Assembly: GCA_948512295.1 (NCBI GenBank)
Contig: CAOQRA010000002.1
Coordinates: forward strand, 25,877-89,876
Reading direction: 5' to 3'
Source of the DNA: an uncultured Eubacteriales bacterium
Lineage (GTDB): Bacteria; Bacillota; Clostridia; Christensenellales; UBA1242
DNA length: 64,000 nt
Below are positions 1-9,226 of this stretch, piece by piece. The notes under the pieces are model-generated. The model was not told where the DNA came from. It did no database searches and saw only the letters and a program-made list of their open reading frames with translations. The translations under genes and the position numbers were made by a program. The stretch's first letter is position 1. The number at the start of each line of letters is the position of its first letter.

Positions 1-1
1 T

Positions 2-1303
2 GCTGCGGTACTTTCTGATAGGTACATTATGGACAGAAGTTTACCAGATAAAGCTATTGACCTTATTGATGAAGCAAGCAGTAAAGCCAAAGTGAATTTT
101 ACTGTTAAACCTCAGCCTATTCGTGAGCTTGAAGATAAAATTAAATCGCTGTCTGCAAACCGTGATGAGGCAAGCTTAGGGCGCAACTATGAAAAAGCCG
201 CAAGACTTCAATCAGAGATTATCAAACTTGAACAAGAACTTAAGAAAAAGAGCGATAAACTGAATATTAAACCTAAAGAGGCTATCAAGGCAATTGGTGC
301 CAATGAAATTGCTGAGGTGGTTGCAAAGTGGACAGGAATACCTGTAACTCGCATTACGGAAAGCGAGAAACAAAAGCTTGTCCATCTTGAAGAAATACTT
401 CATAAGCGCGTTGTCGGACAAAATGAAGCGGTGGATGCAGTGGCAAAAGCGATAAGGCGCAGTCGGGTTGGCTTGCAAGATAGCAAGCGACCTATCGGAA
501 GTTTTATGTTTATGGGGCAGACGGGCGTCGGCAAAACAGAATTATGTAAAGCGATAGCAGAGGCTATGTTTGACGATGAAAATAATATTGTGCGAATTGA
601 CATGAGTGAATACATGGAATCGCATTCCACGTCCAAACTTATAGGTGCGCCTCCGGGCTATGTCGGATTTGACGATGGTGGACAACTGACCGAGGCGGTA
701 CGTCGTAAGCCATATTCTGTAGTGCTTTTTGACGAGATTGAAAAAGCACATCCAGATGTGTTAAACACTCTATTGCAAATTTTGGATGATGGCCGACTTA
801 CAGATGGTCAAGGTCGCACAGTTAGTTTTAAAAATACCATAATTATAATGACAAGCAACCTTGGCGCAAAAGAAGTGAAAGAGCAGCGAAAAAGTCTTGG
901 CTTTGGCGAGGATGAACAAGAGGCGGTTGATAATAAAAAGATTTATCTAGATGCTCTCAAACATAGATTTAAACCTGAACTTATCAATCGAATTGATGTA
1001 ATTTGTATATTTGATACTCTTACGCAAAGCGACCTTATAAAGATTGCTAAAATACTCATATCGAATATTAATAAGCGGCTTAAAGAGAAAAATCTGTCAA
1101 TCAAAATGACGGAAGAGGCTTTTGAGTATTTAGTTACTCACGGTTCCAATCTTGAATATGGCGCAAGGCCGCTTAAACGCTATATCCAGCAAGAAATTGA
1201 GGATCAAATTGCCGAAAAGATCTTACTTGGAGGGCTAAAAAATGAGGGCGTTATTATAATCGATTGCGACGAAAATGGGCTGACATTTCAAAGTGAGGAA
1301 TAA
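2..1303 (+). CDS. clpC: ATP-dependent Clp protease ATP-binding subunit ClpC, C-terminal ~430 aa (5' end outside window)
   Basis: Frame is open from the window edge (AAVLSDRYIMDRSLPDKAIDLIDEA). UVR-like linker NYEKAARLQSEI. Second AAA+ module with Walker A GQTGVGKT and Walker B VVLFDEIEKAH. C-terminal GARPLKR small domain. Confidence 0.85.
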   Translation, partial: AAVLSDRYIMDRSLPDKAIDLIDEASSKAKVNFTVKPQPIRELEDKIKSLSANRDEASLGRNYEKAARLQSEIIKLEQELKKKSDKLNIKPKEAIKAIGANEIAEVVAKWTGIPVTRITESEKQKLVHLEEILHKRVVGQNEAVDAVAKAIRRSRVGLQDSKRPIGSFMFMGQTGVGKTELCKAIAEAMFDDENNIVRIDMSEYMESHSTSKLIGAPPGYVGFDDGGQLTEAVRRKPYSVVLFDEIEKAHPDVLNTLLQILDDGRLTDGQGRTVSFKNTIIIMTSNLGAKEVKEQRKSLGFGEDEQEAVDNKKIYLDALKHRFKPELINRIDVICIFDTLTQSDLIKIAKILISNINKRLKEKNLSIKMTEEAFEYLVTHGSNLEYGARPLKRYIQQEIEDQIAEKILLGGLKNEGVIIIDCDENGLTFQSEE

Positions 1304-1506
1304 AGTAATGTTCTTAAGGCTGCCCGAAAAAGTTGTAAATATTTTTATATAACGCAAAAAATCAATTTATAAACCTTCGTTGCATAAAAATAAATATCAA
1401 TAAAAATAATCGCTTTATTCAAGTGGTTATTTTATTTATTTCTTAATTTCATTTTGAAATTTTATTAATATTTGTTATTATATAAATATATAAGGGAGGT
1501 GTTATT

Positions 1507-2046
1507 ATGAAAATTGAATTTATTGAACGCAATGGCTATAAGGCTAGCCAAAGACTTAAGAAAGTTTTGACTGATAAGGTAAACAAACTTGGTAAATACT
1601 TTGACGAAGATGCTGCAGCAAAAGTGATTTGTATGAAACAAAACAAACTTGAAAAACTTGAAGTTACAATTAAAAGCAAAAGTTCACTTTATAGAGGAGA
1701 GGTTTCAAGCGCCAATATGTATGACAATATTGACCTCGCACTTCCAAAACTTGAAAAGCAAATTGTACGTGCTGTGGAAAAGAATAAGAAAAAGCCACGC
1801 GGCAAAGGTGTTAAAACTTTGGAAGTTGTGCCTTTTGAATTTTTACAGGAACAGCCAGAGGAACTTCCTGAGGTCATCAAGAAAAAATCTTTCGACCTTG
1901 CACCAATTACTGTGGATGATGCACGTTACGAAATTGAGCGTGTAGGGCATGACTTTTATATTTTCTTAAACGCTCGCACTGGCAGAGTCAATGTGATGTA
2001 CCGCAGAAAAGATGGGAAACTGGGGTTGATTGATTTACATTACTAA
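1507..2046 (+). CDS. hpf: Ribosome hibernation promoting factor (long HPF/RaiA type)
   Basis: N-terminal S30AE/sigma-54-modulation fold (LEVTIKSKSSLYRGEV, DLALPKLEKQI). C-terminal dimerisation domain (FYIFLNARTGRVNVMYRRKDGKLGLI). GGAGG RBS. Confidence 0.9.
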   Translation: MKIEFIERNGYKASQRLKKVLTDKVNKLGKYFDEDAAAKVICMKQNKLEKLEVTIKSKSSLYRGEVSSANMYDNIDLALPKLEKQIVRAVEKNKKKPRGKGVKTLEVVPFEFLQEQPEELPEVIKKKSFDLAPITVDDARYEIERVGHDFYIFLNARTGRVNVMYRRKDGKLGLIDLHY

Positions 2047-2166
2047 GCGCGGGCGGCAACTAGAATTTTAAACGCGGGCATTACACTATTGTAATTCTGA
2101 GCGGAGTTCCGCGCTGTCATTACGAGCGTTGCCGAGAAATCTCGCGGCGCGCAGTCGAAGAATCTC
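2047..2166. repeat. GC-rich structured intergenic element
   Basis: Clearly GC-richer than its flanks. Internal inverted repeats CGGCAAC (2054-2060) / GTTGCCG (2128-2134) and GCGG-AGTT-CCGC (2101-2112). ATTCTGAGCG...CGAAGAATCTC halves resemble a short intergenic repeat family; a degenerate relative lies near 3715-3775. Confidence 0.4.
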
Positions 2167-2201
2167 AATAGTAAAAAACAGCAAATAAAAAAGGAGTTGT
2201 A

Positions 2202-2450
2202 ATGGAAAAGAAAGAAAAAACTGTTGCAAGTGTCGTGCTTGGCGCAATTAGCGGAATAATAATGCTTGTTTGCATTTTGGTTTATATAATCCTAGGCGTG
2301 ACAATCGGCTTTTGGCATCCAGGTTGGTTAATCATAGTTGGTGGTGCACTTTGCGTTGCAATTGTAAACATAATTGCAAATCTCTTTAATGATATTAAAG
2401 AGCTTAAATCTCACGAAAACAAACAAGAAGATAACAATCAAGAAAAATAA
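2202..2450 (+). CDS. Small membrane protein (two predicted TM helices)
   Basis: AGGAG RBS. Hydrophobic stretches VVLGAISGIIMLVCILVYIILGV and WLIIVGGALCVAIVNIIANL. Confidence 0.6.
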   Translation: MEKKEKTVASVVLGAISGIIMLVCILVYIILGVTIGFWHPGWLIIVGGALCVAIVNIIANLFNDIKELKSHENKQEDNNQEK

Positions 2451-2469
2451 AAATTGGCATTGCCAATTT

Positions 2470-3264
2470 TTATTTTTTTAACAAGTCGTTTATACTTTTC
2501 GAAATGACATAAGCCATGAAATCTAAGTCTTCGTGTATGTCCTTAGGGGACAGAAGTAAGGATTGCGGCGCGTATTTATCAAGAGCGGACGCAAACAGCA
2601 TATATGGCACGCCTATTGAAATGCAAGGCACACCCAGTGTTTGCTGACATATCCTTTTGACTCCCTCGCCCACGCCGCTTCCTGGTGTTAATCCAGAGCT
2701 AGTAATTTGAATTGAAAGTCCAAGTCGTGAAATTTCATTAGTTGCAAGGGCGTCAATTAAAATTAGCGCGTCAGCTTTTACACCTTTTTGAATATACGAA
2801 ACAAAATCAAAAGTTTTGATATTAGTAAAAGCCGCAATATTAGGACAAAATTTATAAAGATTATCATTGTTTTCAAGCTTATTTGTCACATGTGGCCCCA
2901 GTCTATCCGCAAGAATGTCGGGGTTACCTAAACCGACTATTAAAAAATGCTTTTTAGAATTTAAATGTTTTAATTTAAATATCGCTTGTAAGCAATTTTT
3001 ACAAATAGATGCGAAATAATCATAAAATTCGATAGGTTGACCTAAAAATTCTTTCATATTTATGATAAAATATTTGCCTATGCCAAGTCCTGCGTTTTCA
3101 GCTTTTTTTTCTGTATCAATTTCCATAAAAGCAAGCTTGGCGTCATATTTTATATCTTTAACGCTATAACCGAATTCACTTAGGTCTTTTCCGCTTTCAT
3201 CAATTAAATTAAACATGCAATTATATTGTGCTTTTTTACAAAAAATATCGATTTTCGCTTGCAA
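2470..3264 (-). CDS. gpr: Spore germination protease (GPR endopeptidase)
   Basis: Motifs LIVGLGNPDILADRLGPHV, ALILIDALAT, IQITSSGLTPGSGVG and GVPCISIGVPYM match the GPR family. Divergent neighbour of rpsT, as in Bacillus. Confidence 0.8.
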   Translation of the reverse strand: MQAKIDIFCKKAQYNCMFNLIDESGKDLSEFGYSVKDIKYDAKLAFMEIDTEKKAENAGLGIGKYFIINMKEFLGQPIEFYDYFASICKNCLQAIFKLKHLNSKKHFLIVGLGNPDILADRLGPHVTNKLENNDNLYKFCPNIAAFTNIKTFDFVSYIQKGVKADALILIDALATNEISRLGLSIQITSSGLTPGSGVGEGVKRICQQTLGVPCISIGVPYMLFASALDKYAPQSLLLSPKDIHEDLDFMAYVISKSINDLLKK

Positions 3265-3315
3265 ATCTTGAATTTATGTGCTATACTACGCTAGATAAAT
3301 GATAAGGAGAACAAT

Positions 3316-3585
3316 ATGCCACAAATTAAATCTGCTGAAAAAAGAGTAAAAATTATCGAAAAAAAGACTGCAGAAAACAAAGCTATCAAGTCTAAAATTG
3401 CAACTTATGCTAAAAAATTCAAGATTGCTGTTGCAAACAACGATGTTGCAGTTGCTGAAGTTGCATATAAAGACGTTGTTTCTTTGATGGATAGCGCAGC
3501 TCGTGATAATGTAATTCATGCAAATAGTGCAAATCGCAAAAAAGCACATTATGCAAAAATGCTTGAGCAGCTTAAAAAGGCTTAA
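3316..3585 (+). CDS. rpsT: 30S ribosomal protein S20
   Basis: MPQIKSAEKRVK... N-terminus, basic 89-aa protein, AGGAG RBS. Confidence 0.95.
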   Translation: MPQIKSAEKRVKIIEKKTAENKAIKSKIATYAKKFKIAVANNDVAVAEVAYKDVVSLMDSAARDNVIHANSANRKKAHYAKMLEQLKKA

Positions 3586-3609
3586 ATATTAGTCTTAATT
3601 TTTGCAATG

Positions 3610-3638
3610 ACACTCTTCCTTTTGGGAGGGTGTTTTTT
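3610..3638 (+). terminator. Rho-independent terminator of rpsT
   Basis: Stem ACACTCTTCC/GGGAGGGTGT followed by a T6 run. Confidence 0.6.
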
Positions 3639-3833
3639 AATAAAAAATATAAAAATTATTGTTAAGCTTTCTCCATCTTGTTTAAGTGTTTAACCCGACC
3701 AAAGTCTTTCCATATTTTCTTCGCGCCGAGCTTCGTTGTTATTCTGAATGAACCTAAGGCAAAGTGAAAAAGCTTTTTGGCAAACTTTAAATTCAAAAAG
3801 TATTAAAAGTTATTTTTTGCAAACACTTTTGTC

Positions 3834-4388
3834 ATGAACGCGTTATATTTATTTATTCCTACATTTTTAATTATCCTTTTGATTTTACCTATTAAAATTC
3901 AACTTCGCGGGACATTCCATTTGGAAGATTTAAGCGGTGTAATTTGTTTATTCCTATTTAAAATAAAATTACGCTATTACAAGTACAAAGTAGATGGCAA
4001 AAAAATAGTATTAAAAAATGAAAAAGAAACCAAGATCAAGCAACTTGATTTTGATCCTAAGCAGCTTGTGGTGGTCAAGATTTTTAAAGACCAACTTAAA
4101 GATAAGGCGCGCGTTAAAGAACTTTTTGTCTTCTATAACATAGGACTTAATGATGCTTTTTTATCCTCCATGGTAGGTGGACTTATTAACTGTGCGCTCC
4201 TAGGATATTTTACCAATTTAAAAAACAGGAGGCCGACTGCTTCAATGGGTATTTATGACACCATCTCATATAACAAGGAAGTTTTCGAGGTTGCAGGTAA
4301 AGGTAGCATAAGTATTAGTTTATTTGATGTTGTATATTCTTTGATAATGTCGGTTATTCTAATTAAGAGATTAAGTTCTAAGAGGTGA
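3834..4388 (+). CDS. YtfI-like (DUF2953-type) sporulation membrane protein
   Basis: N-terminal TM segment. Immediately upstream of, and co-oriented with, the ytfJ homologue. Family call by resemblance only. Confidence 0.5.
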   Translation: MNALYLFIPTFLIILLILPIKIQLRGTFHLEDLSGVICLFLFKIKLRYYKYKVDGKKIVLKNEKETKIKQLDFDPKQLVVVKIFKDQLKDKARVKELFVFYNIGLNDAFLSSMVGGLINCALLGYFTNLKNRRPTASMGIYDTISYNKEVFEVAGKGSISISLFDVVYSLIMSVILIKRLSSKR

Positions 4389-4392
4389 TTAT

Positions 4393-4785
4393 ATGAAAAT
4401 TTATACTAAAAATGAAACAATTTCAAACTTAATAGATGGTGTCATGGATAAATTAAAAGGCATTATCGATACAAGCACTGTGGTTGGAGAAAAGGTGGAA
4501 ACTCCAGATGGCACTGTGATTATTCCAATTTCCAAAGTGACCGTTGGCTACGTTGTAGGAGGAGGCGAATATGCCGACCTATCTTCTAGGCGCGTTGCCA
4601 ATCATTTTCCAATGGCCGGCGGTTCAAGTGGCGGTATGAGCGTGACGCCTGTCGGCTTTATTGTGGAGAGTAAAGGCAATGTGGAATATATTAATGTCGA
4701 AAACAAATCACTGTATCAGACGGTTTTAAATATGTTCAATACATTGCTTGCTAAACAGGAGGAACAAAGTGAAAGCGAAGATTAA
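4393..4785 (+). CDS. ytfJ: Sporulation protein YtfJ (GerW family)
   Basis: Motifs GTVIIPISKVTVGYVVGGGEY and GGSSGGMSVTPVGFIV are typical of YtfJ/GerW. Confidence 0.8.
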   Translation: MKIYTKNETISNLIDGVMDKLKGIIDTSTVVGEKVETPDGTVIIPISKVTVGYVVGGGEYADLSSRRVANHFPMAGGSSGGMSVTPVGFIVESKGNVEYINVENKSLYQTVLNMFNTLLAKQEEQSESED

Positions 4786-5926
4786 GCCGTTAATTGCACT
4801 GTCTTTATGTGTACTATTAGCCGTTGCTGCACTTTTGTCTGCTGTTATGGGCTCGATTATGCTTACTACAAAAGTGTCAATGGCGGAAGGATATACCTCA
4901 GCTAAAGGAATGTGCGTTATGGAAGCTTCTTCAAAGAGGGTGCTTTATAGTAAGAATGAAAACAAGCAAATGCCGATGGCAAGCACCACTAAAATTATGA
5001 CTGCGATAACTGCCATTGAAAATGCTGCTGACCTTGATGAAAAATTTGAAATTTCGCCTAAGTCAATCGGAATAAGTGGTACAAGCATTTATTTACGCGA
5101 AGGGGAGGCGCTTTCTTTACGAGAACTACTTTATGGACTTATGCTTGTGTCTGGCAATGATGCGTCTGTAGCAATTGGAGAGCGAGTTTCAGGGAGTAAG
5201 GAAGCTTTTGTAGAACTTATGAACACTACAGCAAAAAAGATAGGGGCTAACAATTCCCACTTTGCAAACACGCATGGACTAGATGAAGAGGGGCATTATA
5301 CTACCGCGTATGACCTTGCTAAAATTACAAGCTATGCGCTTGCTAATGATACCTTTAAAGAAATCGTTTCTACTCGTAACACAAAAATAGTTAACACTGA
5401 TGGGAAAACTAGATATTTGAAAAACAAAAATCGTCTGCTAAATAGTTTAGACGGTTGTAACGGAGTTAAAACCGGCTTTACAGATGATGCGGGGCGTTGC
5501 CTTGTGTCCTCTTGCGAGCGTGACGGCATGCAACTTGTATGTGTCGTGTTAAATTGCGGGCCAATGTTTGAAGAGAGTGCACAACTGCTTGAGCAAGGGT
5601 TTAAAGACTATAAAATGGTGGATGTAACCAAAGGTTATAGTTATCCTAAGTTTATACGAGTGGAAGGCGGAGTTAAGGAGTTTGTAGAGCTTGGCACGAG
5701 TGGAAGCTTTCTTTATCCATTAAAAGAGGGAGAACTAGAGAAAATAAGCTTTAAGTATAAAATGCCTAATGTTATTGCTGCACCAACTAAAAAAGGACAA
5801 GAAGTTGGAGAAATTAAAGTTTATTTCGGTAATGACTTGCGTTTTACTGAAAAAATATATACAATGGAAGATGTAAGGGGAAATACCATTTTAGACAAGA
5901 TTAAAAACCTCTTTAGAAAATGGTAA
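4769..5926 (+). CDS. D-alanyl-D-alanine carboxypeptidase (PBP5-type serine peptidase)
   Basis: SxxK (ASTTK), SxN (SGND) and KTG (KTGFT) motifs, plus a signal-anchor. GTG at 4769 sits 6 nt after AGGAGG; the track ORF starts at TTG 4748. Confidence 0.85.
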   Translation: MKAKIKPLIALSLCVLLAVAALLSAVMGSIMLTTKVSMAEGYTSAKGMCVMEASSKRVLYSKNENKQMPMASTTKIMTAITAIENAADLDEKFEISPKSIGISGTSIYLREGEALSLRELLYGLMLVSGNDASVAIGERVSGSKEAFVELMNTTAKKIGANNSHFANTHGLDEEGHYTTAYDLAKITSYALANDTFKEIVSTRNTKIVNTDGKTRYLKNKNRLLNSLDGCNGVKTGFTDDAGRCLVSSCERDGMQLVCVVLNCGPMFEESAQLLEQGFKDYKMVDVTKGYSYPKFIRVEGGVKEFVELGTSGSFLYPLKEGELEKISFKYKMPNVIAAPTKKGQEVGEIKVYFGNDLRFTEKIYTMEDVRGNTILDKIKNLFRKW

Positions 5927-5935
5927 GAAAAATGC

Positions 5936-6643
5936 ATGAGATTAAACAAATTTTTAAGCCTCGGCGGGGTGGCGTCAAGACGCAAATGTGATCAGTTGAT
6001 TGAAGCGGGTATGGTAAGTGTAAACGGAAAACTTGTCACAACGCTGGGAACTATTGTCAACGAGAAAAAGGATAAAATAACAGTGGAGGGGAAAGCAGTC
6101 GTCTTGCCTTCCTCTTTTGTATATATAAAACTTAATAAGCCAAAGGGCTACGCGTGCACAGCTAGCGATGAAAAAGGTCGTAAAACTATATATGACCTTA
6201 TTAAGTGTGAGCAGCGACTATTTTCTGTCGGTCGTCTAGACTACGACACGGAGGGGCTGATTTTTCTCACGAATGATGGCGACTTTGCTCAGCGTCTTAT
6301 GCATCCGTCTTATCAAATTGACAAAGAATATCGCGTTAATGTGGAAGGCGAGGTTAAGGAAAGTCAGCTTGCAGTAATGAGAAAGGGCGTTGTTGTGGAG
6401 GGAGTTCGTATGCCCGAGGCGAGAATAAAATTACTAGCTTATGAAAATAATGTGACCAAACTATCCGTTGTTATAGATGAGGGGCAAAACAGACAAATAC
6501 GTCGCATGTTTGAGGCTGTGGGGTTATGCATCAAACTTTTAAAACGAGTGCGTATTGGCGAGGTCAAACTCGGTGGATTAAAACGCGGAGAGTATCGTGA
6601 CCTTACGGAAAGCGAACTCAATCTTCTTGTGAGGGCAAAATGA
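5936..6643 (+). CDS. rluB: Pseudouridine synthase, RsuA/RluB family
   Basis: N-terminal S4 domain (RLNKFLSLGGVASRRKCDQLI) and catalytic GRLDYDTEGLIFLTNDG. Confidence 0.85.
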   Translation: MRLNKFLSLGGVASRRKCDQLIEAGMVSVNGKLVTTLGTIVNEKKDKITVEGKAVVLPSSFVYIKLNKPKGYACTASDEKGRKTIYDLIKCEQRLFSVGRLDYDTEGLIFLTNDGDFAQRLMHPSYQIDKEYRVNVEGEVKESQLAVMRKGVVVEGVRMPEARIKLLAYENNVTKLSVVIDEGQNRQIRRMFEAVGLCIKLLKRVRIGEVKLGGLKRGEYRDLTESELNLLVRAK

Positions 6644-7848
6644 AAATTGCAGTAATCGGTGCGGGTGCTGCAGGACTTTTTGTCGCTTCTATACTGTCAC
6701 AAAAATATCAAACTTTCATGTTTGATGGAAATGAGAAGTGCGGTAAGAAGTTGTATATAACGGGTAAGGGGCGCTGCAATGTGACAAATGCCTCCACGCG
6801 TGAGGAGTATCTTGAAAATGTCGTGCGTGGGCAAAAATTTATGTATAGCGCAAGCGCGAAGTTTACAGCTTACGACCTTATGGCACTTCTTGAAGATAAT
6901 GGGCTTAAATTAAAAATAGAAAGAGGAGCCCGCGTGTTTCCAGAGAGTGATAAATCTAGTGATGTTATAAAAACGTTGGAAAGAATGGCAAAGGGCGCAC
7001 ATATAATACTAAATGAAAGAGTGGAGTGCGTAAGCTCTTCGGGCGGCGGATATCACATAAAAACTCAAAACGCAAGTCATGAGTTTGATAAAGTGGTTAT
7101 CGCAACTGGTGGCAAAAGTTATTCGGCGACGGGCAGCACGGGCGATGGTTATAAATTTGCCAAGATGCTAGGTCATAGCGTCGTGGATTTGAAACCCGCA
7201 CTTGTGCCAATACAATTAAAAGACGATGTTTCCGCATTGCAAGGCTTGCCTCTTAAAAATGTTACGCTGCATGCTGAGGCAGACGGCAAAAAACTGAGTT
7301 GCTTTGGCGAAATGATGTTTACTGACATCGGCATAACTGGTCCAATTGTGCTTACTATGTCAAGCTATATCAATCGCGCCGAGAAAGTGAACTTATGGCT
7401 TGATTTCAAACCAGCGCTAACGCTAGAACAACTTGATGCGAGGCTACTTCGTGAATTTCAGGAGGATATGAATAAAACGCTTTATTCTGTTATGCGTAAG
7501 CTTTTACCTAAAAATTTTGTGGAAGCTTTTTTGAAAAAAGCTCAGCTTGCTAAGGAGCGTAAAGTCAATTCTATAAGACAAGCGGAGCGAACTAGGCTTT
7601 GCAAAACGCTTAAATTTTTTCCTTTAGAATTTAAATGCTTATATCCACTTGAAGCGGGAGTTGTGACAAGTGGTGGAGTTTCTTTAGAAGAAATCAATCC
7701 TAAAACTATGGAAAGTAAAATAAATAAAGGCTTGTACTTTATAGGTGAGGTTTTAGACATAGATTGTCTTACGGGCGGCTTTAATTTGCAAACTGCTTTT
7801 TCCACAGCATATGTGTGTGGACAAAGCATAATAAAGGAGGAATTATGA
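6640..7848 (+). CDS. FAD-dependent flavoprotein, BaiN/YhiN (HI0933-like) family
   Basis: GxGxxG at MKIAVIGAGAAGLF. ITGKGRCNVTN motif. C-terminal GLYFIGEVLDIDCLTGGFNLQ. Confidence 0.8.
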   Translation: MKIAVIGAGAAGLFVASILSQKYQTFMFDGNEKCGKKLYITGKGRCNVTNASTREEYLENVVRGQKFMYSASAKFTAYDLMALLEDNGLKLKIERGARVFPESDKSSDVIKTLERMAKGAHIILNERVECVSSSGGGYHIKTQNASHEFDKVVIATGGKSYSATGSTGDGYKFAKMLGHSVVDLKPALVPIQLKDDVSALQGLPLKNVTLHAEADGKKLSCFGEMMFTDIGITGPIVLTMSSYINRAEKVNLWLDFKPALTLEQLDARLLREFQEDMNKTLYSVMRKLLPKNFVEAFLKKAQLAKERKVNSIRQAERTRLCKTLKFFPLEFKCLYPLEAGVVTSGGVSLEEINPKTMESKINKGLYFIGEVLDIDCLTGGFNLQTAFSTAYVCGQSIIKEEL

Positions 7849-8480
7849 TATATAGACTGGCTCAAATATTTTTTTGGCTACCTTTCAAAATTTTTTGTCC
7901 CACTAAAGTGATTGGAAGAAAAAATATGCCAAAGGGTGCTGCCATTTTGTCATGTAATCATACGTCAAATTTAGACGCTGTTTTGATTGTGCTTAATACC
8001 TATGAGAAGAAGCACTTTTTAACTAAAAAGGAGCTTTTTAAAAATAGCTTTATTTCCTTTCTTTTAAAGGGTATGAAGTGTATCAAAATTGACCGTTCAA
8101 AAAGCGATATTACAGCAATCAAAAACTCGCTTAAAGTTTTGAAAGACGGCAAAAAACTTGCAATATTTCCTGAAGGCACTCGCAACAAAGGTCAGCAAGA
8201 TGAACAGCTTGAAATAGGCGAGGTTAAGCAAGGCGTCAGCATGTTTGCACTAAAAGCACAAGTGCCAATTGTTCCAGTGATTTTAAACCGTAGACCAAGA
8301 CTTTTCCGCAGGACAATCATTGCAATAGGGCAGCCATTTACATTGGAAGAGTATTACGGGCAAAAATTGGGCGCTGAAGTTTTAGACGAAGCAAGCGCGC
8401 TCGTCTCACAAAAAATGCACCAACTTCAAGAGGAAGTGAATGAGAAATATGGAAAGAAAAAATCAAAAAAAGAAGCTTAA
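7845..8480 (+). CDS. plsC: 1-acyl-sn-glycerol-3-phosphate acyltransferase
   Basis: HX4D motif (NHTSNLD) and FPEGTR motif. ATG 7845 sits 5 nt after AGGAGG and overlaps the upstream stop. Confidence 0.8.
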   Translation: MIYRLAQIFFWLPFKIFCPTKVIGRKNMPKGAAILSCNHTSNLDAVLIVLNTYEKKHFLTKKELFKNSFISFLLKGMKCIKIDRSKSDITAIKNSLKVLKDGKKLAIFPEGTRNKGQQDEQLEIGEVKQGVSMFALKAQVPIVPVILNRRPRLFRRTIIAIGQPFTLEEYYGQKLGAEVLDEASALVSQKMHQLQEEVNEKYGKKKSKKEA

Positions 8481-8493
8481 TCGGCTTCTTTTT

Positions 8494-9087
8494 TTATGAC
8501 TGTTCATCATTAGATGATTTTTTCTTTAAAAATTCATCAACTGCTTTTGTTTCAGCAGATGCGTTTGTTGAACTATCACCATCTTCATCAAGTTGTTTTT
8601 TTACTTTTGCGGATAATGATTCCTCATTTTTGAAAGTAAAGATTAAGTCGTCTAATATATCATCAATAGCATAAGATAGAAGTTCAATATCCCATTCATC
8701 AAGAGGACAGCGGAGAGTTAACTCCTTGATGTAATCTTCTAGTATTGGATTTGGGAAATAACAACTTTCGCTCAAAGTATATTCGATATAATCTTGGGTT
8801 CGTTTGTATCTTTCTATTGATTTTGATAAAAAGGTATAAAATTTTAGAATCTTTTTTACAAACTTTGCAAGGGCTGGTCCAAATTCATACAAATCATCTG
8901 GGCTTAAAAATTCAATGCGTGTGGGATCATCATATAATTCTACCATTAAATTTTGGAGTTGTGGATTGGTCTGTGACTCTATAATTTCTAGAAGTTTCTT
9001 TTCCCTCTTTTTTATGTTTTTTCTATTGGTTTCTATACCTGCTTCGCAGCGTTCATAAAGTGATTGTTTTTCTTTTTTCTCTTCCAT
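8494..9087 (-). CDS. Hypothetical acidic protein
   Basis: 197-aa ORF with a GGAGG RBS (9092-9096 on the complement) and its own promoter. No family recognised. Confidence 0.6.
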   Translation of the reverse strand: MEEKKEKQSLYERCEAGIETNRKNIKKREKKLLEIIESQTNPQLQNLMVELYDDPTRIEFLSPDDLYEFGPALAKFVKKILKFYTFLSKSIERYKRTQDYIEYTLSESCYFPNPILEDYIKELTLRCPLDEWDIELLSYAIDDILDDLIFTFKNEESLSAKVKKQLDEDGDSSTNASAETKAVDEFLKKKSSNDEQS

Positions 9088-9108
9088 ATTTCCTCCATTT
9101 TCACAATC

Positions 9109-9136
9109 AGTATATCGCGGGGGGGGGTATTGTCAA
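9109..9136 (-). promoter_or_regulatory. Sigma-A-type promoter with a C9 homopolymer in the spacer
   Basis: On the minus strand: TTGACA (9136-9131), 16-nt spacer ata-CCCCCCCCC-gcga, TATACT (9114-9109). Start codon at 9087. Confidence 0.6.
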
Positions 9137-9226
9137 GTATTTTTTTAAAGTTTTTGAAAACAATTTATTTAAGTTGACTTTTAAAATGCAATTTGATATT
9201 ATAACTTAAGAAAAGAGAAAAAGATT

